Shown in pieces: positions 12,800 through 26,200 of a DNA stretch of 64,000 nt. The stretch comes from Asterias rubens (Eukaryota): contig NC_047077.1 in assembly GCF_902459465.1 (NCBI RefSeq), positions 13,764,001 to 13,828,000 of the forward strand, written 5' to 3'. Each line of letters starts with the position of its first letter. Position 1 is the stretch's first letter. The translations under genes and the position numbers were made by a program. A model generated the notes under the pieces. That model had not been told where the DNA came from and ran no database searches. It saw nothing but the letters and a program-made list of their open reading frames with translations.

Positions 12800-15700
12800 A
12801 TGTCAGCTTTAATGAATCTTAGTTTTTATAATGCCGGAAGGTAAGTCCAACTCAAATACTTCTTCATTCAAACAACTGTTGTGAGAAGCTTCTTTCTCCT
12901 CGGGCCCATGCTGCTCAAATGCTATCCCTCCATTAGTAGGCACACTGAAGGGCAGTGTCGGTGGCCTCAGCCAGGTCATCAGTAGTGGTTGCTGGTGGCA
13001 GTAGGGGGCAGGTAAGGAGATGATCCTTAGTCTGCCGCTCCCCGCAGTCACAGGTTGTGAGAAGCTAATGTTCTAGAAGGTAGTATTTTCTATCAATTAT
13101 GGCTTTTATCAACACATTGCTGATTTTTAGGGCCTTTTCTCCATAAACATTCAACCGTGGAACACCGGGTATAGACCCAACCGCGTCTATATGGCTGCAG
13201 CATTTGCGAACAACCCTAAGAAGTCTTTCTGTGACACGACGCTTCATTTCATGGACATTTATTTTCCCATCAACAGTTGCAGTGCTTCTCTCAGATTACG
13301 TTTACGATCATTTATTTTGTTTAGTGTTTTATAAATCTAGTGTTAAGCTAAAATTAAAGTTCAATCCAAAACCGAGCTGCTGTGCAGACTTACTCCAGTT
13401 GAAGGCAGGATGAGCTATATTCAAGTTAGTTCACTGTCTGACTTTCAAAATATGCTGGTAAAATTTAGTGGAACCTATTTAAACCAGCTTTAAAAAGGCG
13501 ACTTCCTTTTAAAGCCATTGAAACAGTTAACCTGAAAATTAAGTATAACTGTGCTTTAATAGTTCCATTTTAATTCCATGCAGTCTTGTCAAATGTTTCC
13601 GTACTCGTAGACGAAAATACCCTTCTCCGTACGATCTCACAGACCTGAAACGTATCGCACATTGCCCTAAAATACCTCGTACACATACAATTGTTGCGAG
13701 TCAGTGTCAACAATATTGACTGAGTGGCGACATTTGGCAAAAAGGGGGGGGAAACTGTTTTAAACGTTTTTACTGGCTAAAACTATTTTCTGGCAGATTT
13801 CTCCTTATATAATATCTTTGGTTTTTTTTCAGATTTATTGTCTGTACTCTGATATTCATCGACGTGGTACAAGTCGCTTGTGGTGAAGGATCTTCCCCGA
13901 TAACAAATGAGCACAATATCACCACTAAAGCCTCAAAACGCAAGTGGTATCAACCGAGAGAGTTTGATCTTACCGGAGGCGAATACCGAAATCAGTCGTC
14001 ATCTGCAGTCACGAAATGCGCATCTTCGTGCCTGCAAAATGATAACTGCACGTCGTTTAAATACTGCGAAGATGACAAGCTCTGTCAGCTCAACTCATTA
14101 CAACCCGACAACTACACTGCACTGCAGACACCAAGTCATTGCGTTTACTTTGAGGACAAATCAAACAATGGTAAGCTATCAAAACAAGTTAATGGGAAGA
14201 CCTGATATAATTCATTTTATCGCGTAAGCGATAAAATGAATTATACTCTGCATATTGCTCCCTGTTGGTGTTAGCTCGCATGAGTCATGGCGAGACTTGT
14301 TTTCCAGTCTAGGTTTTTGCCCTATGGCTTGCATTAACACGATGGCATATCGTGTGTGTGGTATTATGAATGGTAGTGTTGGGTATTCAGCAACCATGAT
14401 GGGAGCGTGGCTTACATAAGTTTGTGTTGGTTTGGTTTACATGGTTGACCAATTAGGATTGGTCTTGCAATTGAGTGGCTGAAAGTTTGGCGGGAGCATA
14501 ATTATTGTCACTTTGTCACAGCTTAATTTTGGAGTAACTTTTCAACATTTAATACAAGGCCGTTACACGTTTCCAGCACGCGGCTAAAGTAAAATAAATG
14601 CGCAAAAACAATAACGCACATAAGGTTGTAGACGGGGGGATAAGAGCACCGAACTAAGGCCCTGGTGATTTGTACTCGGCTGAGTGTGGGTCATAGAGCA
14701 TTGTATAGCTCTATGGTGTGGGTTCGAGTCCCGGTCGTGACACTTCTTGTGTCCCTGAGCAAGACACTTACTATAATTGCCTCTCTCCAGCCAGAATGGG
14801 TATCTGTGAAGGCAGAGAGGGTTCTTGTGATTGATTTAAGTTAGTTGAGTTATATCGTAAATTTGTTGCACAGGCTGTGGGCCTACTCGAGCTGAGATGG
14901 TTTGAGGAACTAATTAAATGGCCCAGTGACCAGGGGAACCATTGTTGGTAGTGCTTTGATGAGACGCCCTTCTTTCTTGTTCTTTCTTGAAAAGCACTAT
15001 ATAAAAACTGCTAATTACAATTATACATGAGGGACCTACTGGATTTCATCCGTCGCAGGTTTAAGTTTGGTTACAATACCCGCGTAGGAGATGTACAATT
15101 GATTTTTGTTAAGTGCTCATAACTTGTTTAATTTCAGCATGGAATAATCCCCCGCACAAGGTTCCGGGAGCTCTGAAGCACGTGTCGATCGGCGAGGCAG
15201 GAGTCTATGGCCTAGGTGTTGCGACCACTGGTCTTTATTATAGGGGATGGTGTGGTTCCACCTGGACACATGTTCCAGGCACAGAGGTACTCAGACTTAC
15301 ACAATTTGATGTGGGTAAGAACGTGATTATGGGCACCAACGGGGGTGGGGCTATTTGGTATAGTACGGTTTCTGCTAGTCAACCCGATGTAACCTCGTGG
15401 AGCAAAACGGGCGGTGGTTTACACCATGTTAGTGTCAGTCAAAAGGGCCATGCATGGGGTTGTATTGCCGGTGCAGTTTACCACCTCAGGGGAGCCAGCC
15501 TCGACAACCCTGGTGGATACGGGTGGCAAGTTGTGTCGGGTGGGGGCTATGTTCAGGTCTCAATTGGTACCGGGGGTCTCTGGGGTGTCACATCTACTAA
15601 GAAGATTTCCTACCGAGTGGGAACTTACGGTGACCCTGACTCGGATACGCATGGATCTGATTGGGAAAACGTAGAGTCCTTAGGCACTTCACCGCAGTAT

Positions 15701-15892
15701 GTCAGTTCGGGTGACGTCATTTACATGACTGATACTAATGGTGTTATCTACTACCGCGTGGGAACGTCGGCTGAAACACCAACTGGCACAGCCTGGCAAA
15801 AGATTGGCGGGAATCTGAAACAAGTTGAGGCACTTTCGGGCACATTCTGGGGCGTTGACGCTGAAAATAATGTATATACAAATGAAGCTTGA
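12800..15892 (+). CDS. Secreted PAN/apple-like + tectonin beta-propeller lectin, paralogue 2, 377 aa, 3 coding exons
   Basis: Exons 12800-12840 (MSALMNLSFYNAG, AG|gtaagt), 13833-14170 and 15138-15892 join in frame (1134 nt). Same intron phases and same exon 1 and 2 lengths (41, 338 nt) as paralogue 1. Upstream flanks are also homologous (about 4220-4350 vs 10860-10995; about 4800-5045 vs 12600-12855). Confidence 0.88.
14636..14990 (+). mobile_element. tRNA-derived SINE (same head family, different body)
   Basis: TAAGAGCACCGAAC...GTGTGGGTTCGAGTCCCGGTCGTGACACT...GTGTCCCTGAGCAAGACACTTA. Confidence 0.7.
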
Positions 15893-16079
15893 AATTGGTA
15901 AATAAAAAAAATAAAAAACTGGAATCTATGTTATAACCCAGCCCCCTCAGTGCCTAAGTATAGATTGTGGATACTTTTATTTTGCTCTTAGTGCGTATAT
16001 CCATTTCTAGGCAATCCCATATTATATTCATTTGATATAGGCCCCCCCCCCCAATACTTCTTTCAAACTGATGTGTATT

Positions 16080-16880
16080 TGATAAATGCGTTGTTTATGT
16101 GCGTGTTTGTATCTTACAAATACAGTGAAGATTATATTCAGTTTGTAAGACCTGCAGTCACCACGGTCTTTGTATAGACCTTTATTATTTTATCTGATGT
16201 ACCCTTTTTTCAGGCAGTGGGCACTATTGGTAACAGTTATAAGCATAAAATGGAAGAGGTTTATAGTATAAAACATTGTGAGAAAGAAGTAATTTTCCAA
16301 CCATCTAAAAGTACACAACTTCGTGTGACAAGGTTTTTTATTTCTTTCATTATAATCTCGCAACTCCGACGACCAATTGAGCTCAAATTTTCACAGGTTT
16401 GTTATTTAATGCATATGTTGAGATACACTAAGCTAGAAGACTGGTCTTTGACAATTATTACTAATAGTGTCCAGTGTCTTTAATAAATGCATATTTTATG
16501 TGCGTGTCATTCAAGTTCCTGAAAGATTGCATATTATTTTGTAAGAGTTTCACTCAGACTGGTATTTTAGACCTACATTTATCTTCCTTTAGACCGTTGT
16601 GTTGGATAATTATGCAAACATGTGTGTCTTTCAAGTTAATTGAAGATTATATTCATTTTGTAAGACTTCATTTACACTGGGTTTTGTATAGACCTACTGA
16701 ATAATGTACTTTTTGTGGTCTTTAATAAATGCATATTTTATGTGCGTTTTCTTCAAGTTCATGTGAGATCGCATAAATTTTGTAAGACTTTAGTCGCACT
16801 GGTCTTTCAGACATAGTATCTGATATAACTTTGTTTATGTATATCATTATAAACTCATATATTATGTGCGTGTCATACAT
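16080..16880. repeat. Degenerate ~120-bp tandem repeat downstream of lectin 2, interrupted by a MITE
   Basis: ATAAATGCATATTTTATGTGCGTGTC...TTTTGTAAGAC...GGTCTTT..AGAC recurs near 16080, 16483, 16605 and 16722; a homologous fragment lies at about 10175 behind lectin 1. Confidence 0.65.
16212..16483 (-). mobile_element. Kolobok/T2-type MITE, internally deleted, inserted in a ~120-bp degenerate satellite
   Basis: AGGCAGTGGGCACTATTGGTAA...TAATAGTGTCCAGTGTCT-TTAA. Confidence 0.8.
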
Positions 16881-19800
16881 TAGTTCACTGTAGATTAAAC
16901 TGGCTTTCGAATTACCGCCAGTGAGAAAAAATCGTTGTATAAAATATAAAAAATAACTGTTCACCAAAGCCATCGATAATGTTATGCAACAACAGTTTTG
17001 TAACAAAATGTTTATGCAACAGTCACGTTGTAAGCGTGCGTGCGCACCTGAACATTATTATTACGCGTTTCAGGTCAAGCTTAAAATGTAGCCTTTCGTC
17101 ACAAGTTCTTCGTGGTTTGGACAGCTTCGTAAAGCCGCAATCCATAGCCACTGGAACCGTATACCACGCAAGGGCAAGGGGGCTTCACCATTCGGTGCGT
17201 GGTTTCCCCTTTCAGCCTTGACACAAGGCTATCTGAATGTAAACAGCTGGCGCTATCTGACAACAGATACCAGATTTAGTTCGGTGGCTTTCAGAGAACG
17301 TCGAAAATCACAAACTTGTTCAGTCGTACATTATGTCTTAACATATTCTGCTCTTAATAATGTTTGATGCGACATAGAGAATTGCAGTGTTTTTACGACC
17401 GCTTATTACGCAAAAGAAAATCACTGTCAAGAAGATTATTGAGAGTTCCGCAATTTTGTGAATGTCATTTCAGGGCCACCGTATACGTTGAATGTCACAC
17501 GCCGTGCTCTACACGATCATGTCATTGCATAGTGCGTGTACAGCTGGGATGGTACCACACGAAGTCTAGTGAACTTTGCACGCGAGAGAAGATGCTTGTT
17601 TAATTAAGTCAACTAAATAAAATGCCAAGTCAAAACCTACCAGCTATGTGTTAAATGTTTCACGTAGTTACTAGTTAGTATAGGGAGCACAACTTTAGAT
17701 TAGTTTTGTTTCCAATTAGTGATTTCGAACTGCGCACAGTGGGTCACAACACACTGACGGACATTGTCAGACAGATGACATTACCGACTCAAGGCTGTGA
17801 GATCTGTACGGGCCGGTGGACGATTTCTTCCCGGGACAGCGTCTCGCAACCGTCTCGGTGCGAGACCTCCGTGTATGATCGATCGTCCCTGGAAGAGTGG
17901 TATGTATGAAATGTAGCTTGGTGCGGTCATGTTTACGTCTGTTTTAAAGCAATGTGTTGTTGTAATGGTGGCACATTTAAAGGGACTTCGAACATTGACG
18001 TAAATGTTTGCGATTGGGGCTCATATATTTACGTAAATAATAGTACCATGGCCCGGAGCCATTTTTGTTGGACCACTGACCATGTTACTATGTGTCCTTG
18101 CCTAATGCTCTGTTAAAATTGTTGTAATTCAGCCTTTGTGCTGCGAGGACAGTTTTTTAATAAACCATTTGATCTATCAAAAAAAGAAAATTATTCTCGG
18201 TGTACATAAACAATGTGAGTCCTTGTAGTTAATTAGTTCATCGTCGGAAAATATTGTATTTATTGTGGCTAAATTTGTGCAGACCTTATTTATTTATTTT
18301 TTATTTTTTTTTAATCGGGATTCAAAATATTTAAACACAGTGTTTCAAACTCTTCTGGATTGTAACTGTATAATCAGAAGGTATTTAGAAAGATAGAACA
18401 ATTAAATAGTTTTTATTCGATAACTATACATCAATGTACTTCACCATGTGCGGTGTGTAGGTCTGCTCCCTATCGACGGCACTGTATGCGAATTATAAAG
18501 GTCTCAACCAAAGCCTGTACACCGCAAGCACATCGTGACCCTTTTCTAAAACGCCCATGGCAACATTTTATGTTTCTGTCCGATGTCAAAGACCAGTGTC
18601 CCCCAACCCAAAACAAATTGGGTCATCGAAGTTGCAAGAAAATAGCGAGGAAAAAAATAATTTCCAAATGAAGCTACAATCAACAACACACTAAAAAAAA
18701 ACAAATTTTACACTTTCAGTTTGCAGAGTGAGTAGCCAAAGGGCAAGTTTGGTATAGTGGTGTTTATTATCGCCTTTCCATGCTGTTACTTGACAGTGTA
18801 CACCGGGTTAAGTAAAGGGTAAGCCTTAACCAGTCGGGTAGACCCACATTTTTTTTCTTCTAACACTTAACTTTTCTAAAGTCGCGCAGCCCGTGGGTAT
18901 ACAGCGCATGTTGTTGTCAACAATTTCACAGGTGGCATTCAATCACCCAAATAATGGATTTCAATGTCAAGGGTTAAATGTCTTTGGGGGAATACTCGAA
19001 TTCACTTTGCTCCGAGGAGTATAGCCCTACTGGTGTAAAGGAATTGCGCAAACTTATTTTGTTGGTGGGACACACATGGTTCTTCATTTTAACATAAAAT
19101 TATAGCATATAAGCTTACCCTATAATGGCAGAAGTCGTTGATTCGAATCTCACTCAAGTAAAATATGCCAGGCCAAACTAAGATAGTACCCCAGCATCCC
19201 TTACAAGAAACTATGTACTTACAGGTGGTGGGCACTGGCCTGTCTTTTCGGCAGTTTATTTTACCATAGTTTTTGAACAAAAGTATCACTGCAAACAGAA
19301 CTTAAACTATAATGTCCAGCGGAACACGAACTTAAACGTATAATCTCTTTACGTAAATTCTTTTTATACCATAACTTACGAGAAGCGGTGAGAATTGTGA
19401 TTGGACTACTAAAATCGGGCTGTGCTTAATTATTTGCGCCTGTGCTATCTTGCGCAAAATGGTAGTAAGGGCTATTTTCAAAGATTACGCCTAAAAAATG
19501 TGTATTGACTCTCCCGCCGTGCTAAGAAGATGCAAGCACTGTACCGATAGGCCTACTGTATCACCCAAAATGATAAATGATGCATGCTACCAGAAAATTA
19601 TGACACTGATATATATGATTGTACAGGTAATGATATTAAATTTGGTAAATAAAATATTATGTAATACAAAACGGACTATTATGCACAAGTATACGCTACA
19701 TGCAGAGTCTGGCGGTCGAAAGTGCAAGCTTACTAACACTTTATCAATTCGGACCAATCATAACACAGATAAGCATATACGTCATTTCACGCTTATCCAA

Positions 19801-20088
19801 TGAAATCATTGGGTATATAAGACCAGTGTCTGTATTTATCCTTGCAAATAAAGACAAGGACCAATGTCTGGGCGTGTCAATATGCAACCGAGTGATTGAG
19901 GGGCAACACGAACAACAAGTCGTCATAAAAGACTTGGGACTTTTAAATTAAAAAAAAGTTCCCTTCAAAACAAACAAAATGACTCAAACCCGCTTTTGCT
20001 ATCTTCCGCGGCTTATTCGTACCCTTTGTTTAGTTTGTGTACACTTAGTGACTGAAGTCCTACTCATTTCTGCTGAGCAGACAGTTGT

Positions 20089-20457
20089 TTAAGGCAGTGG
20101 ACACTATTGGTAATTACTCAAAATAATTATCAGCATAAAACCTCATTTGGTAACGAGTAATGGGGAGCTGTTGATAGTATAAAACATTGTGAGAAACGGC
20201 TCCCTCTGAAGTGACGTAGTTTTCGAGAAAGAATTTTTTTTCCACGAATTTGATTTCGAGAGCTCAAGTTTAGAACTTGAGCTCTCGAAATCAAGCATCT
20301 AAAGCACACAACTTCTTGTGACAATGGTGTGTTTTTCTTTCATAGTTATCTCGCAATTCCGACAACCAATTGAACTCAAATTTTCACAGGTTTGTTATTT
20401 TATGCATATGTTGAGATGCACCAAGTGAGAAGACTGGTCTTTAATAATTACCAATAG
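20089..20457 (-). mobile_element. Kolobok/T2-type MITE, right TIR truncated
   Basis: TTAAGGCAGTGGACACTATTGGTAATTACTCAAAA start, full body, ends ...AATTACCAATAG. Confidence 0.85.
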
Positions 20458-21084
20458 CTTCGCTAGTTTGTTGTGCTAAGGCAGGTCTATGAAATTAGAC
20501 CCTGGTTTTAACATCTGGAACGACGATTGTAAACACCAACGTTTATTACAGGTCATGTTTACACACATCCAGGGAGGACTTTGCCGCCGTGACACTGGCG
20601 GGGTTACGCCGGGGGCTCAGTCAGTGTACACGAACAGCGTTTGACGCTAACAATACAGATTGTATTCTAAATAGGGCAACGGTATAAAGCTGTCGGCAGG
20701 TCGACTCGGCCCCACTGCAAGTTCACTTTGTTGTTCACCACAGGGATCATTTAGGATTAATTTGAAGTGAGATTTCAACATATACTTTGAAATAATACCT
20801 GTTGGGATTGTGTGGAAGAGGAAACTGGCTCACTACGAGTGACGAGCATCTATTGGCATCCAGTCTTTTTGGAGGAAGTTGAGGTTTTTGAGAGTTGTCT
20901 CGACGGTTCGCACAGTAAACTTCTTCAGGTCAGACCTCTCTGGTAATATTCTCTGCACATTTTTTATTTAATAAGAAAACATGTGTGTATTCAACCACCC
21001 TGCCGTTGTTGTATATAAATTATAGTTGTAATTAGTTTTTTTTATGCAGTTTGTCTGGTTTCACTCCCAACATCTGTTGGACTG

Positions 21085-21469
21085 TTAAAAGCAGTGGACA
21101 CTATTGGTAATTTCTCAAAATAATTGTTATCATAAAAATGTAGTTGGTAACAAGCAATGGGGAGCTTTTGATAGTTTAAGGCGTTGTGAGAAACGGCTCA
21201 CTCTGAAGTATTGTAGTTTTCGAGAAATCAGTAATTTTCCACATAACTATTTGAAATTGACTTCGATACCCCAGAATTAGATTTTTAGGTCCCGAAATCA
21301 AGCATCTAAAAGCACACAACTTCGTGTGACAAGGTTTTTTTTCCCCATAATTATCTCGCAACTTCGACGACCAATTGAGTTAAAATTTTAACATGTTTGT
21401 TATTTTGTGCATATGATGAGATACGAGAGACTGGTCTTGACATTTACCAAAGGTGTTCAATGTCTTTAA
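21085..21469 (-). mobile_element. Kolobok/T2-type MITE
   Basis: TTAA at both ends, degenerate TIRs, family body. Confidence 0.85.
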
Positions 21470-22559
21470 CACTTGTTGTGTGACTGGTTTGCAGTGATTC
21501 CCAATGATATAGTTGTCACATCTATGTTGTTGCTGTTTTTGTTTTTTGTTTTTTTTTGTTTTTTTACGATGCTTTTTGAACTCTCTGTAGTTTCACTGCA
21601 TTTGACTATTGCTTTGTTTGACTGCCGAGTATGATTACGGATTTTGACAATTTTTAACAAAATGAAATTATTTGTTTTTAATATATACCCTTGTTTCGTA
21701 TGTTGGAGCAGAACATTATGCACAATAATGTCCATGATATGTAACATTCTCAATTGTGTATAATAAATATAAAATGAATTGGTTATTTAGTTTCCACATC
21801 ACTATTACCAAACGGGAATTTCTATAAAATTATGTTATAAACCCAAGTAATCTGCATATGTAATTAACGCATTCTTTCACAAAACCGTTTGTAGTACATA
21901 CGCGTTCTTTATCTTATCACGTAAAAGACAAGAATGGTTTTGTGGTCGTTTAGTTTTTATTATCACCAAAAGTAATTAATAAACTACAGAAACACAAATG
22001 AAACACCAATGGACAAGATGATGTTCTACTGGGGTTGTGTGTGAGTCATTCTACCTTTGGACTCTGGTAATGTTTACCCGTACAGGTAGGATTCCATGGT
22101 TTACCGTGGTGACTGTGCGTCACAATAATGCATACAATCACAGGTCATAGAAAGAAATGTTGCAATAGAGGTTTTAACCTTTATTGCGCTTTACCGTCAC
22201 TCAAAGGGTACTTCGAGGCTACTGGCTTACACTTTGGGCTTAGTCTTGTTGAAGCCCAATACGTTCTTATTTATTATACCATCGCATTTTTGTAAAAAAA
22301 AAGGGGGCCTTTAAAAGTCAAATCCATTTTCGAAATCGTGTTTCAGCTTGGGTTTAGGCTTCAGGCTTTATCTGCAAGTTAAAAGCTCCGTAAAGAAAGC
22401 GCACATTTCCAACATAAATTTCAGAGGCTGAGCCTGAATCCAGACCAAACGCCGTATGTGATCCTTGGCTACATGGCAGTTAACAGTTGCATGGTCTGTG
22501 ACTGGCAACGTGATCAAGACAATTATTGACAAATTATTATTGAGGGGAACTGGCAACAT

Positions 22560-22670
22560 CGGGCATAATAACTCAGTTGGTAGAGTGATGGCACGTTACC
22601 CCGAAAGTCGTTGGTTCCAATCCCGCTCTAGTAAAAATGTGTCTTTGTTCAAACCCAAATCAAAAAGATG
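22560..22670 (+). mobile_element. tRNA-derived SINE head
   Basis: A-box-like AACTCAGTTGGTAGAG and B-box-like GGTTCCAATCCC, without a complete cloverleaf. Confidence 0.55.
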
Positions 22671-23208
22671 CATTCTATGAAGTCGACACATCTGGTATTA
22701 TTATACTCGGGACCGTCTATCGTAAGGTGTTAAGTTATACCCCTCATACTTTTTCGTACGTTCCAGCTGTTCATCACTCAAACGTAAACGCAGGTCACAC
22801 ATTATTATTTCCATCTTTACGATTCCTGCAAAATGCAGTATCCCTAGACTTGGTTCAAGTCCAGTTCTCGTGTGAGAGGTCCCTCACCATATCTTGCCAC
22901 AAGCCGCACAGTGCGAGCTCGCCGTCAAAATGTGGAACGGGTTGGGGGAATGCAGATCATCACAAAACAATAGTTTTCTGGCGATGGCACGGAATTGGGA
23001 CTTGAGTCAGGTCTACAGTTTCCCTAGCTATCTTGTTCTCCACGCATTGCAACTATTTAGAAATGTATCTTCGGCTTTAGGAGAGACGAGTCTTATCTTC
23101 GGCTTAATGTCGTTGTATTTTGCAAGGGGGACAAGAATATTTTAAAGACTTGTTTTTGTCATGCCTTTTCTTTCTTCCCTTCTCTCAACAAATTGACAGA
23201 GATTCACA

Positions 23209-26200
23209 ATGACAGAATTTGCGACACCACCACGCTCCCCATATCTGCAGCTCGAGTTCACAGCAGAAGAGGACATCGCACTGTCGAGTGATGCCGAGCA
23301 GAAGTCCGACGGCCCCGACCAGCGGAGGGCCTCAGAGTCAAACACAACGCCGAGCAGGGGCGAGTCACGACGGGGAGCAGGCCGCGAGGTAGACGCCCGC
23401 GGCCGCCCTCTCGTCTCTTCGGTCTCCACACGGACTTTCTTCATCGCACTCGTCCTCTTGATGTTCGTCACGAGTTTTGCATGCCGTGGTGTGGTCCACG
23501 GTATCCTGAGGATCTTACAAGAAGACGTGGATCTGAGCGGCGGGGAGACCATCACTCTTGCTTTGTCCTTTGACTTTGGCTTCGTCATCTTTGTTGTCAT
23601 CATGGCACTGCAGGACCGGAAGATACACCGCCCGAAGAGCATTGGCTTCGGCGGGTTCATAATCGGTGTGGGACTCCTAGTAGTGTGTATTCCGTATGTT
23701 ATAACCCGGTCGGAACTTCAACACGGACCGTGGTACGTTGGGAAGTACGACCTGTGTGATAGAGAGACGGCATCCCGTCACCAGTCGGGGAATTCGTCAA
23801 CGCCTGGTGGTGGTGATGGCCCCGCACCCAAGGCGAGTTGGAATAGTATAGCTTGGATGGTGATCGGTTTGATACTAGCTGGTACCGGAGCAGTCCCACA
23901 GTTCCCGCTCGGTCTTACTTACCTTGAAGATAGATTAAGGGGATTCGGAACGCCGTTTTATGTAGGTAAGAACCTTAAAGGTCGTTGACACAATGCGGGG
24001 ATTCAGAATATAGGGCGCCATCATGAGTTTGCCCTTAAATGATGTTTTCAAAGAAGTTTTGGATACAGTATATTGATATTATTGAATATTATAGAACTTG
24101 ATATTTCAGGTATATGGAAAGCTTTAGGTCACTGCATGTTTGTCCAATGAAACCAATGAATCAAATGAAATCCTCTTTCAGCAATTCTCTTGTGCTCTTA
24201 TCTACTCGGCATTTGGTTTGGTGACCTCATCAGTTTCTTCATGTGGCACCACGTGGGCAACGCAGACAATACCACCGTGGCCCTCTGGTGGTTGGGGTTC
24301 TTCTGCTCGGCGTTGGTGGCGCTCGTCCTGGGCGTCTTTATATTCATGGCAAAAGATCGATACAAACGGCTGGTGAGTGAGACTAGGGGTCTCATTCCAG
24401 GAGGGGCGAACCGAACTGAGAATGGTGCACAATACAGGCGACTTGTTAGTGCAGAGGAGACCCCACATAGAGGTAAATACATCCATCGACAACAAAATGA
24501 GTTGTACTAGAAAGCATCCTTGGTTGATAACTTGGCCATCCACTTTGTCTTCCAAGGCAAAGTGTATCTTGGGGTTTTGTATTCGTTCGATTGTTATCCT
24601 ATGAATATAGATAATGTACAATAAAACTAAGAAGTTTGATTTCAAAAGATGGTCGCGTTTTTAAGATATCGCCGACAATCCGGGGCATGTCCACGCCGGG
24701 AGAATAATCCTTATTATTATACACAATATAAGGAGCGTTAATGACAGTATTACGCTTACCAGATTCAAATTGTTGGGCATAACCACATTAAATTCGAAGA
24801 AAACTATTTCTCAAATGCTATATACTATCGAAAGCTGATGCGGCCTTCTAATTAACAGGTTTTATTGCCTTTGATTTTAAGAGTGATTAGTAAACGAGAA
24901 ATGTATACCTTCCGTTTTAAAGGGTCTATGTAACTTTTGTAGGACAAAGAAAGCTGATGTGGCCTTCTAATTAACAGTTTTTATTGGCATTAATTTTAAG
25001 AGTGATTAGTAAACGAGAAATTTACACCTTCCCTTTTAAACGAAATGAAGATTACAAATCTTTGCTTACGCTCTAAAAACATCCGGTCAGAATTGCCGAT
25101 AAAGACAAGGGACCTCTGTTTAACACTTACATGGCTCACAAAGCGTTTTTTTTTTTTAATCAAGATGGCAAGGTGACACCAAGATGGCGACGTATTCTGA
25201 CCAACAGTCAGCTGCTTTGCTACGGGCTCGGTGGCAGCTGTGACGTGGCTCTGATGACTGGTTTCCTTATATTCCTACCGAGATACATCGGAACAGTTAC
25301 TGCTGCTGGACGGGGACCAGCCAAGTTTTATATCGGTACGTACTTAGGATAATTAAATAAAAACTACATGTATACAACAGCATTGCTCTTGCAACTAAAT
25401 TAGTTTTTATATTAATACATCGAATGTGCTTTTCGTTAGAGCCCTATTTATTAGACCAATAACATTCATGTAATCTTTCTCAGCCCCCCCCCCCCCCCCC
25501 CCACAGCAGCTGCCGTGACGCTCCGGGGGCTTTTTCAGCACGGCTTAAGCCAAACTTCACTTTAATCTTGTCATTTAAATGTTCATCGATGGATCATGTT
25601 TAATGATGTCTCAATAGCTTTTTAAAGACCCCATTCACCCAATGATTCGGTTGTGATATTATTCGACGTTTCAATCTGTATCATCTGGTAGTCTTCAAGC
25701 GAAGGTAATAACCTGCTCTGGCTCGCTGATTGACGGGTTATGTATTGAAAAACGTCAACTCAATCACATAGTTTGGATTTCCCACATCAATCTTGTGAAA
25801 GAAAAGTCATCTGAAATGTTGTTTTTTGTTCTTTTATTTTGACAGGCACGGCTGTCATCACCGGTCTCTGCTTTGGTATCCTGACGTCAGCAGGGCTTAC
25901 ACTGAGCCGAAAAATAAAGATGAAAGGGCTCAGTCTCATGGCGCTGATTGGGTGCGTGGTGGCGCTGTTGTTCATGTGGCTTCTTCCAATATTTCAATGT
26001 TCGGACGCACCAATCGCTGGGGACATAGTGAAAGACGGTCGACATTCACCATCGGAAGGGTAAGCTGGTTGTTTCACGCTGAGACGAACTCGACAAAAAT
26101 GGCTGACACGGTTGCCACCCCCATTGGTTACACTTGCTGACGGAATGGCCTCGGCAGTGCTCTGTACGACATGTTGTCACTCGATTCATGACATTTTTAC

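Noticed and set aside
17730-17745. Second CACAGTGGG (RSS-heptamer-like) site
   Set aside because: No partner inverted end or TSD found, and a 9-mer can occur by chance.
20130-20324. Recurrent ORFs of the LISRPQVLNLRSRNQIRGK type (also at 21176, 47547, 55200 and 56034)
   Set aside because: Incidental frames within the Kolobok MITE body; too short and lacking transposase motifs.
22560-22640. Possible tRNA gene
   Set aside because: A and B boxes are present but acceptor and anticodon stems do not pair, which fits a SINE head. The same holds for 42112-42180 and 5800-5883.
23142-23660. 172-aa minus-strand ORF
   Set aside because: Antisense shadow of the GC-rich first SLCO coding exon. The same applies to 42487-42768 and 42497-42730 over the other SLCO.
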